DNA of 64,000 nucleotides from a virus: IMG/VR virus record IMGVR_UViG_3300043403_000102, positions 18,089 to 82,088 of that record; one strand, 5' to 3'. Shown piece by piece: positions 56,375 to 64,000 of this stretch (position 1 is its first letter; each line of letters starts with the position of its first letter). The notes under the pieces were generated by a model. It saw only the letters and a program-made list of their open reading frames with translations, ran no database searches and was not told where the DNA came from. The position numbers and the translations under genes were made by a program.

Positions 56375-57291
56375 GAGTAGAAGACCTCCAGCAGCCACAC
56401 GGTGCGATCTCCGACGAGCTTGGTCCCAGCCCCAGGAGCAACCGTCGTGATCTCGACCTTGTAATTCGTGTCGGCCGCCCACGCGGGCGAGAACGACGAC
56501 AGCGCATAAGTCTGAGAGAATATCTGCCAGTTGGTGTTCAGGTTCGCCATCGAGATGTCCGTCAGCGTTCGGCTGCTGGCGGCCGGGGGTGCTGCGTTGT
56601 TCGTGATCGCCTGCCAGTACAACTTGAACGCAAACGTCCTCGTGGCGGGAGGGGCCGTCTGCGCACGCAAGGTCCAGCGGAACGTGACGGTCGAGACCGC
56701 AGGAGGGATCACCAACGTCAGTCCACGACCTTCTTCCGTGGTGTCGTCGTAACGAACCACAGGGAAGTTTGTGTTCAGCGTGTCCATCGACGACGGTGCC
56801 AGCGCGTTCACCGGCCAGCCTGCGTTGATGGGCTCCTCGGTGTACGCCATCACGAACGACTGCTTATACGCATAGATCGCCGCAGGACCCGGAGGACCCG
56901 GAGGTCCTATGTCGCCGTCCTGACCGTCAATTCCTGCGGTCCCCGGGGCACCTGTGAGCCCCGTCAGTCCGGTGAACCCCGGGGGTCCGGGAGGTCCGGG
57001 GTCACCCATGTCTCCGTCGTATCCGGGAATTCCGGTAACACCCTGCGGTCCCGTTGCGCCTGTGGCTCCCGTTGCGCCTACTGGGCCAGCAGGCCCCGGG
57101 GGGCCGTCATCGCCCGTCTGGCCTTCGATACCGACAGGTCCAGAAGGGCCCGTTGGACCCGTGCCCACGAATGTCACCACACCGAGGTCGTCGATGTAAT
57201 AAATACCGTTCGCCTTGGCGTAAAACGTGACTCGATTCAGCGCCGGGGCGGGCGGGTCTACGCCCTGCTCAACCAGTGTGATTTTGCTCAT
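56371..57291 (-). CDS. Collagen-like tail fibre protein
   Basis: About 30 G-X-Y triplets followed by a globular domain. Confidence 0.8.
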
Positions 57292-57569
57292 AAGGTCAGC
57301 ATCTCCCCGGTGTCCTCAACTGTAATTTCTACTCCGTCAGCCACCACCACATCGTGGGTCATCCACGTGATGTCGGCGGGCACGGCAAGGGCGAAGGGTA
57401 GGGTATTGCGTACGAACGAATCCCGGTAATTGAACTGGCCGTAGGAGTCCTTGCTCTGATACCCGCCTTGCGAGTAGTTCAGGACTCCGACGGTAGTTGG
57501 GACAGCGGTCGCCGTCGCGTCGAGGGGAAGTTCCTCGACGTCTCGTTGGAATTTATCGACGGCGGCCAT
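57288..57569 (-). CDS. Tail-associated hypothetical protein
   Basis: 93 aa coupled ORF. Confidence 0.55.
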   Translation of the reverse strand: MAAVDKFQRDVEELPLDATATAVPTTVGVLNYSQGGYQSKDSYGQFNYRDSFVRNTLPFALAVPADITWMTHDVVVADGVEITVEDTGEMLTL

Positions 57570-57578
57570 TCAGTTCAC

Positions 57579-58268
57579 TTAGCCGATGGCAAGTTGGAAG
57601 CCGCGGATTGTGGCTTTGTTTCCGCCAGCACTTGCCACAGCAGTGATTTGAACGAGCTGCTGGCCACCCGGGTTCGTGAAGGCCGCTCCCAGGTTGGTCT
57701 GCTTCTCAAACGTCGTAGACGTTGTGGTGCAGGTCGCGCGGAGGGTACCGCCTGTCGTAGCGCCAGGAGCGGTCGCTCCTGTGTAGAGCTTGAAGGTTCC
57801 CGTGGCCGCGCTGATCTTAACGATGGCAGAGAGACGCGCCTGGATGTTTCCGACTGCCCCAGCGTCGTCAAAGTTGATGTTGTATTCGGCCACGATGAAC
57901 TCGGTGGTCCCTACGACCGAGGTCTGTTGGTCGCTGCCGAGGGTGATCTTGTTGACCGACCCACCGGACGCCGCAACCGTGATGGCGTTGCCCGCTTGGG
58001 AAAGCGTGATGCCCGAGCCAGAGACGAGCTGAACGTCTCCGTAGAGGTTCGCCGCTGCGTCCGCATGCAGCGAGTGAACCGCTTGGTGGACGTGGTCCGC
58101 AGGAGACGCCACAAGACTGGCTCCCGCCGAGGCCGCCGCCGCCGGGTTCGACGGTGCCGTGGTGTTGTCGGTGTACGTGGCATCGAGGGCGGTTGTCGGG
58201 GTGCCGAGGTTCGAGATCCGAAAGGACTCGGCACTTAGTTGTCGTTGCAGTTCGTCAATGGCGGCCAT
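57579..58268 (-). CDS. Tail fibre-like protein
   Basis: ISNLGTPT, ADHVH, LVSGSGITL fibre motifs; GGAG RBS. Confidence 0.65.
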   Translation of the reverse strand: MAAIDELQRQLSAESFRISNLGTPTTALDATYTDNTTAPSNPAAAASAGASLVASPADHVHQAVHSLHADAAANLYGDVQLVSGSGITLSQAGNAITVAASGGSVNKITLGSDQQTSVVGTTEFIVAEYNINFDDAGAVGNIQARLSAIVKISAATGTFKLYTGATAPGATTGGTLRATCTTTSTTFEKQTNLGAAFTNPGGQQLVQITAVASAGGNKATIRGFQLAIG

Positions 58269-58304
58269 GTCTGGCTCCTAAATCTTGTAAGGGGGTGGGG
58301 ACGG

Positions 58305-58745
58305 TCAGGTGAAGAGTATCTCATAAGCGCGTAGCCGTGCGCGCTCGCCCGTGGTCGCGGTGATCGTGAGCTTGACGAGACGCGGGGCGGCAGGGTTCGC
58401 GAAGGCAGACCCAATCACCTGGTCTGGTATCGAGGGGAACGCCGCGTTGGTTGTCGACAGCAAGGCGACCACCGCGCCGTCGGCTACCCCCGAGGTTCCC
58501 CCGACCCTCACCCGATAGTCCCCAGAGCCCGCCGTTTGCATCGTGAGGGCCGTTAGGCGCGGTGTGAGGGTAAGTGCCGTCAGGACCGAGAAGTCCACGC
58601 TGGCCTCCATACAGAGCATCTCCGAGGCCCCGAGGCTGGACTTCTGCGTCTCGGCTTCCACCAGGAGGATGGACGCCGCCGAGGGTGGCGTGGGCGGAAC
58701 AGGGGTCGCGCCCGACTCCACGCGCGTGTAGTGGACGCGTGGCAA
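58305..58745 (-). CDS. Structural protein paralogous to the C-terminal domain of 57579-58268
   Basis: Shared RL(S/T)A...G...AF(T/A)NP...LV(Q/K)(I/L)T...R pattern. Confidence 0.6.
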   Translation of the reverse strand: MPRVHYTRVESGATPVPPTPPSAASILLVEAETQKSSLGASEMLCMEASVDFSVLTALTLTPRLTALTMQTAGSGDYRVRVGGTSGVADGAVVALLSTTNAAFPSIPDQVIGSAFANPAAPRLVKLTITATTGERARLRAYEILFT

Positions 58746-59144
58746 TCAGATCTCCATCATCCGTATGGTCACGCTGACCGCAGCGCCGATGGTGTAAATC
58801 GCCTGAATCTGCACGTAACAGGTCGCGGGCTTGATGTTCCGCGTCTCGTAGGCGTCAAGGTGCGCGGCCTTCAGCACAGGCAGTGCGTTGGTCCATATCA
58901 AGCTTTGCTCGTCGAGGAACCAGGTCTGCCAGTCTGCGGCAGCCCCGTAGACCCCCGAACCGCCCGCGTCCCTGAAGTCAAGAAACACGGTGTTCCCCTG
59001 GGTGGCCCCCGCCAGGCCGCCGTAAGGCGGGCGATCCTTCAGAACGAAGCGATCTTCTGCCGAGGGGGATACCAGGTTTGGATCGGGGTCGGGCGTGAAC
59101 CCCCCGAGCAGCTTGATGCGAGAGTGCTGGAATTGAACGCCCAC
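58746..59144 (-). CDS. Hypothetical structural protein
   Basis: 132 aa, GAGG RBS. Confidence 0.55.
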   Translation of the reverse strand: MGVQFQHSRIKLLGGFTPDPDPNLVSPSAEDRFVLKDRPPYGGLAGATQGNTVFLDFRDAGGSGVYGAAADWQTWFLDEQSLIWTNALPVLKAAHLDAYETRNIKPATCYVQIQAIYTIGAAVSVTIRMMEI

Positions 59145-59159
59145 GATGACCTCACTCTA

Positions 59160-60317
59160 TCAGGTTCGGGTCTGTTCCAAAAACAGCCCGTGCGCGATGG
59201 CCATGTCAGGAGCCAGGTCGACGTCGGCGAATCGGATCATCCCGTCCTTGTGAATGCCGCGCCGAAGGATTGCCCCTTTGGACAGCCCTATCGGTAGGAG
59301 ATCTCCAGACAGGGGCTCACGTCGAAGCTCGCCTCTTGTCTTGAAGCCCCCGATGCCGTCCAGCTCCTGTCCCTCGAACAGAGTCTGCTTTGCTACCGTG
59401 ATGGTCCGGCCTGCCGGTGGCCCAAATAGGGGGCCGGGGATCTGAGCGGGCAGATAGATCGCCTCGGCCACGGACACGGGGACCTCGAAGTGACAGCCAT
59501 GAAAGGTGCGGTGAACGTATCGCATGGGTCCGGGAGGTCCTCCGCCGAGCTTGTAATGCGTGGCCAAAGCGCCCTCCGAGTCGTCCCGATCTCGAATCAG
59601 CATCCCCACGCCACCCCCAAAGTCTCCCCCCAAGGTGTACGCCAGGAAGCTCGTGTCGCCGCGCACGGCATAAGACAAGTCCCTCGCCGCGGTCGCCAGC
59701 GTGCTCGGTACACCCTGCATCCCTGGGATCGTAGGCAGGTACCCGGTGCAGTTCGCCACCACGTTCTGCTCAAGTTGCATCTTGGTTCCGTCGGCAAACG
59801 AGCACAGCATCTGAGGCCGCGTCCCCGCTGCCTTTGAAACCCACTCCTCCATGTCGCGCGGGGTCTTCGCGTGGTCCAGGAACCCCTTACAGGTGATGAG
59901 CCCCACAACGTCCCAGCCATAAAGCTGCGCCTCGGCGTACATGCGCAGCATGCACCCGGGCTGGTCTCCGTCGGTCACCCCGTAAACCGTACCCGCCTGC
60001 CGCGCCCGATTGGCCAGGGCAGGCCCGACGGTCGCGTCTGTCTCGGCCGAGAAAGACAGGAAGGGGATCCCCTTGGCGATGGCTGCGAGGGCCGCAGTTG
60101 TGCCCCGTGCGACGTCCCCCGAGGCATCTACCACGACGTCCACCCCCTCGGTCACGACACTTGGCCGTGCGTGCCGCGACACCAGGCGGCTGACCGTCAT
60201 GCCTCGCGTGTTGTCGAGGCGCTTGGCGATTGCCGTGCCCATGACCCCCGTTCCCAAGATCCCCACCTTGATCGGGCTTACCCGGTCAGCCAAGACGCGC
60301 ATCAGGTACCCGCTCAT
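59160..60317 (-). CDS. NAD(P)-dependent oxidoreductase, homoserine dehydrogenase-like with C-terminal SAF domain
   Basis: Rossmann GILGTGVMG, DGDQPG, SFADGTK, VAK..L..G..LDGIGG...LPIGL (COG4091-like). Confidence 0.85.
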   Translation of the reverse strand: MSGYLMRVLADRVSPIKVGILGTGVMGTAIAKRLDNTRGMTVSRLVSRHARPSVVTEGVDVVVDASGDVARGTTAALAAIAKGIPFLSFSAETDATVGPALANRARQAGTVYGVTDGDQPGCMLRMYAEAQLYGWDVVGLITCKGFLDHAKTPRDMEEWVSKAAGTRPQMLCSFADGTKMQLEQNVVANCTGYLPTIPGMQGVPSTLATAARDLSYAVRGDTSFLAYTLGGDFGGGVGMLIRDRDDSEGALATHYKLGGGPPGPMRYVHRTFHGCHFEVPVSVAEAIYLPAQIPGPLFGPPAGRTITVAKQTLFEGQELDGIGGFKTRGELRREPLSGDLLPIGLSKGAILRRGIHKDGMIRFADVDLAPDMAIAHGLFLEQTRT

Positions 60318-60334
60318 GGGCTAGAGTCTAGACC
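60318..60334. promoter_or_regulatory. Candidate bidirectional leaderless promoter
   Basis: TAGAGT (+) and TAGACT (-) overlap; each lies 7 nt before a divergent ATG. Confidence 0.55.
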
Positions 60335-61039
60335 ATGCGCGACGTGGTTTCTGTCTTGACGTGCCCCTTTTGGCACACGCCGAACCCAGTTGAGGTCCCC
60401 GCTCAACTTATGGCAACCCTCACGCAGCTCGACCTCGCAGGGGCTGACAAGGCGCACGTCAAGATAGTCTTCTGTGACGGGCCGTTTCCCTTCGACGAGA
60501 TCCGAACGTCTACGAGCTCACGAACTTGGCGTGTTGTCGCACGAGACACTGGGCCATCAGGAAGCGTGTCGGCGTTCTGGTGGGTCTTCGAGCACGCCCT
60601 CAAGTTGGAGTGCGATCGCCTGCTTTTTTTCGAGGATGACGTGTTCGTCTGCAAGGGAACCGTCAAACGAATGCAAGCCATTGGCGTGCCCGATGGCGCG
60701 GCAATGATCCGGTATTACGATTCGGTCGAGTGGCCACGGGGAACACCGCCAGGTCTTTATCGCAGCCCTGGTATCGGTCGACATCCCCTAGGGCTAATCG
60801 GAATGCAGGGCGTGGTCATTCCGAGAGACACCCTTGCGCTGCTGTATTTTACAAGCGCTGCGAGTCCAGAAAGTATCAGGCCCGCCGACATCGTGTTGAG
60901 CGAGGTTCTTCACGCCCACGGAAGGCATGTGCTGACACACCTGCCTTCCCTCGTTCAGCACGAGGGAGTCATAAGCAGATCAGGGGCGGGTCCTCACCAG
61001 GCCCCCAACTTCGCAGGGTACAACTACGACGCTGGCTAA
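60335..61039 (+). CDS. Glycosyltransferase (GT-A fold, GT25/GT2-like)
   Basis: LFFEDDV, PADIV, PSLVQHEG; fills the gap between two minus-strand genes. Confidence 0.75.
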   Translation: MRDVVSVLTCPFWHTPNPVEVPAQLMATLTQLDLAGADKAHVKIVFCDGPFPFDEIRTSTSSRTWRVVARDTGPSGSVSAFWWVFEHALKLECDRLLFFEDDVFVCKGTVKRMQAIGVPDGAAMIRYYDSVEWPRGTPPGLYRSPGIGRHPLGLIGMQGVVIPRDTLALLYFTSAASPESIRPADIVLSEVLHAHGRHVLTHLPSLVQHEGVISRSGAGPHQAPNFAGYNYDAG

Positions 61040-62085
61040 GCGAGAATCGGACAGACCGGCGCGGGGCTGTTCGCCGTCGTGGGGGCGGCGTCACCGGCGG
61101 ACAGCAGGGAGATGTCGATCCAAGTGATCGACCCCGCGCAGAATGGGACCACCGGAAGGTTCCCGTCTTCGGTGTAGACACTGTTAAACACGGCGGCCGT
61201 GTCGTACATGGACACGTAATAGACCCCCACCTTGGTCAATGTGGAGGGGGACGAGAACGTCGCGGTGTTCACCCCCGCAGCCGCCGTGACGTTGACGGAG
61301 TTGACCAACGACCCGCCCGAGTCCCAGATCGCCGCTTTGATGGTGTTGCCGACACTGAAGCTGCCGGGAACAAACTTGACCCCCGTGCAAGAGACGTCGT
61401 CGGCCCCTACCTGGAACTTTGCTCCCGTGGTCGCATCGGCGAATCCGAAGGCCGCCCCCAACACGGAAGCTCGGATCGCGGGGCTCACAAAGATTTGAGG
61501 GCCCCCGCCTCCCCCGCCGCCCGCCGCCACGATCTCAAGGGTTTCATTCGCCCCCGGATTGAGCGTGTTCAACGTGATGTTGCTACCCGCTACGATCTTG
61601 GACGTCAAGAACCCTGGCGTGGTGTCGTTGGTCGTGACCTTGACCGTGAACGCGTCGCTGCCCCCACCGCCAGACCCAGGAGGTCCCGGGGGCCCGATAT
61701 CCCCCGGTGGTCCCTGTTCCCCGTCTGCTCCCGGGGGCCCTTGAGGGCCAGCCAGTGCGGTGACCGATATGCCAACAAGTGTGCTGCCAACCCGCTTGAG
61801 TACCTGCCCGTCAGCCACAGCACCGATGGTGAGCTTCGTGGGCCCGCTCGTCTCGTGGACCGCAGCGACTTCGGGGTTTGGATAAGTGGCTGCGAGGTCG
61901 CCGCTAGCCGCCCCCGAAGGGGCACCGCCTCCGGTGCTAGGCGGCGTGGTCCAGTCCGTAACCAGGGCACCAGTCTTTTGATATAGCGCCCCGTTGTAGC
62001 GGACGACCGTTCCGAGGACAGCAGTGTATCCGGTCGTGGTTGGGTCTGAGGGAACTTCGACGTATGCGCCCTGAATCGTTGACAT
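61036..62085 (-). CDS. Tail fibre protein with a short collagen segment and DUF4082-like C-terminus
   Basis: SGAASGDLAATYPNP fibre motif, G-X-Y run, GAKFQV...TGVKF...YYVS. Confidence 0.7.
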   Translation of the reverse strand: MSTIQGAYVEVPSDPTTTGYTAVLGTVVRYNGALYQKTGALVTDWTTPPSTGGGAPSGAASGDLAATYPNPEVAAVHETSGPTKLTIGAVADGQVLKRVGSTLVGISVTALAGPQGPPGADGEQGPPGDIGPPGPPGSGGGGSDAFTVKVTTNDTTPGFLTSKIVAGSNITLNTLNPGANETLEIVAAGGGGGGGPQIFVSPAIRASVLGAAFGFADATTGAKFQVGADDVSCTGVKFVPGSFSVGNTIKAAIWDSGGSLVNSVNVTAAAGVNTATFSSPSTLTKVGVYYVSMYDTAAVFNSVYTEDGNLPVVPFCAGSITWIDISLLSAGDAAPTTANSPAPVCPILA

Positions 62086-62097
62086 GATCTAAAGTCC

Positions 62098-63462
62098 TTA
62101 TGGCGTCAGGGGATTGAGAAGGCCGGTGACTTTGGCGGTGCAGGCCCAGTTCATTCCGACGGCTCCCGCACCCTTCACCTGTATCGCGATCTGAGTGTTG
62201 CTGAGGAAGGTCAACCTCACATCTGCGTTCACGTTACCCTGATAGGTGAGGTCGTTCGTGGTGGCCAGAAGCTGCCCGGAGTTTCCCGGGGCTGTGAACG
62301 CCACGCCCCACGTTCGCTTGAAGAACGAAGCGAGGTTGGCATTGGGATCGTTCCCGAAGGGGATCGTGGTGTCAAACAGCGGAGCCGCCACGAACGTCGC
62401 TTCAATGATGCCGGTCCACCTGAAAGGTAGGTCATCGACGGGGAACACACCGACCCCACGGAAGTCCAGAAGCAGGATCGTGGTGTACGTGTTGGAGTTG
62501 TAGAGGGTGACGTTGTCCCCGTTGAACTCCTCGGTGTACGGCACGTCGAAGTTGGGCCGCAGCAGAATCTTTACGAGACCGCCGCCGTAGTGAACCCAAT
62601 TCACGTTGTCGATACGCTCGCCAATGACCATCATGCGGCGACCGATCGGGGGACGGAAGACCCCGCGCGTCCCGTCGAAACTTAGGTAGACCTTGTGACC
62701 TGGGCCGTCGAGGAGCGCGTCAGCCTGCGACCCGTACCCGATAACGAACACTGTGGCCAGTCCCCCGATGGTGACGAGCCCTGAGGACCCCGGAGCAATA
62801 GACGCCTGAGTGACCCCGATGCCACGTTCCGCCGACAACGTCGGGAGCCCAACGAGAAAGCCCCCGTTGCCAGAGGCATTGACGGTGTTGAAATGAACAA
62901 TCCGATTTGCAGGGACCGTGACCAATGAGTCATTCCGCAGCGTGATTTCTAGGTGGTCCGCAGGCCCAGGGGGAGGCGGTGTACCACCTGCCGCCACGAG
63001 CCGGAACCAACGGTTGATCATCTTGGCGTATCCCTGCTGAACGAGGGGGTCCGCGGTGTCTTGGTTGACCTCGTACCCGGCAAGGATCCGAAGCGGCAGA
63101 CCGTCAGGGGTGACCGCGATGTTCAGCCGCACCAACATCGCTGAGATCCGGGTCTCAGTCGGCGTGTTCTCGTTCAGCGTGCATTGAACGAGATACGACC
63201 CATCAAGGTAGACGGGCGGGGCGTCGGTATCCACCACGAAGCTCCCAGTGGCTCCCGTCCCCAGAGAGCACGGCTCGGGCCCGGAGCCTCCGGCCAACGA
63301 TCCCTCGGGGCGTCCAATGATCTCCCAACGGAACGTGCTCACGCCCGCGGACGACGTGAGCGAGCACAGGATCGTGTCCCCTTGGACAAGATCCTCGCGA
63401 TACCCATCGATTGGGGTCCCGCCGTTGCGGAGGCTGTGAATCTGGACGCCTTCAAAAGCCAT
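62098..63462 (-). CDS. Tail/baseplate-associated structural protein
   Basis: 454 aa; PKD-like N-terminus (FRWEI..PEGS), beta-rich. Confidence 0.6.
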   Translation of the reverse strand: MAFEGVQIHSLRNGGTPIDGYREDLVQGDTILCSLTSSAGVSTFRWEIIGRPEGSLAGGSGPEPCSLGTGATGSFVVDTDAPPVYLDGSYLVQCTLNENTPTETRISAMLVRLNIAVTPDGLPLRILAGYEVNQDTADPLVQQGYAKMINRWFRLVAAGGTPPPPGPADHLEITLRNDSLVTVPANRIVHFNTVNASGNGGFLVGLPTLSAERGIGVTQASIAPGSSGLVTIGGLATVFVIGYGSQADALLDGPGHKVYLSFDGTRGVFRPPIGRRMMVIGERIDNVNWVHYGGGLVKILLRPNFDVPYTEEFNGDNVTLYNSNTYTTILLLDFRGVGVFPVDDLPFRWTGIIEATFVAAPLFDTTIPFGNDPNANLASFFKRTWGVAFTAPGNSGQLLATTNDLTYQGNVNADVRLTFLSNTQIAIQVKGAGAVGMNWACTAKVTGLLNPLTP

Positions 63463-63474
63463 GCGTGGTCCCTC

Positions 63475-64000
63475 TTAGTAAGAGCCGTAACGGCGAACGT
63501 TCATGTTGAACGCGCTTGCTCGAATGTCGCCCAAGGCCACGGCGTTGTTCACGACCGCATTGATCGAAAGCTGCGGAGTGGTCTTCTCGACGAACGTCAC
63601 CAGGGCCTGAGTCATGTGGCGAAAGTTCGCGACCTGCATGCCGTGAACGATTGAGTAACTCACGAAGGGCGCGAGTGCCCCGCCGAAGACTGAGTTCAGG
63701 TAAGAGCGCAAGCGCAGCACCTCGGGAACCGTGGCAGTGATGCCCATGAAGTTCACCAGTGCTTGATTCGCGGTGACCGGGCATGAGGTCAGCGTGATGT
63801 CCATGTCGGCCAACGTGATCGGAGCCAACGTTGGCTCCATGAACGAGCCGTCACCGGCTGTCGCCCAATCTCCCGAGTAGACGCACGCTTTGATGGACGA
63901 GGACCCTGCCGAAGTCCAACCCACTCCGATGTAGAGGGCTCCTGCAATCGTGGGCCCTCGGGGGGTTTGAATGTTGGCCGTTGGGCGCCCTTGAGCGTCT
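63475..64000 (-). CDS. Structural protein, C-terminal part (starts beyond the window)
   Basis: Reading frame appears open to the window edge; tail module context. Confidence 0.5.
   Translation of the reverse strand, partial: DAQGRPTANIQTPRGPTIAGALYIGVGWTSAGSSSIKACVYSGDWATAGDGSFMEPTLAPITLADMDITLTSCPVTANQALVNFMGITATVPEVLRLRSYLNSVFGGALAPFVSYSIVHGMQVANFRHMTQALVTFVEKTTPQLSINAVVNNAVALGDIRASAFNMNVRRYGSY

Noticed and set aside
56880-57160. Low-complexity GGNCCN repeats
   Set aside because: Explained by collagen G-X-Y coding.
60730-61986. 418-aa plus-strand ORF
   Set aside because: Arg-rich shadow of the tail fibre gene; it also overlaps the glycosyltransferase.

Overview
The window is about 64 kb of a high-GC tailed dsDNA phage genome (Caudoviricetes), with nearly all genes on the minus strand. 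In transcription order (right to left) it holds tail/fibre genes with an embedded oxidoreductase and glycosyltransferase pair, a lysis and resolvase module, and a sigma70-type early promoter with a structured leader. Next come early genes (vWA/MoxR ATPase, a phage sigma factor, ParB-like protein, SF2 helicase) and replication/recombination genes (DnaB-like helicase, primase, UDG-fused PolA, UvsY-like, SSB, RecA, SbcCD-like). The left part carries three arrays of small paralogous genes and the packaging/head module (terminase, portal, MuF-like protein, scaffold, major capsid). Most notable: (1) a hairpin between ssb and recA whose loop is antisense to a conserved ribosome-binding motif of the early genes and the sigma gene, with all mismatches at the full-length sites being G-U compatible; (2) a large terminase split into ATPase and nuclease genes 13.5 kb apart; (3) a ~760-nt ORF-poor, highly self-complementary region, a candidate large ncRNA; (4) a SOD/metallopeptidase/kinase triple-fusion protein; (5) about 19 small zinc-finger paralogues in two arrays; (6) a 9-copy GTAAAC-N14-TAAATA promoter, mostly leaderless. 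All functional calls come from recognising motifs by eye; no database search or folding program was run, and the host is unknown.
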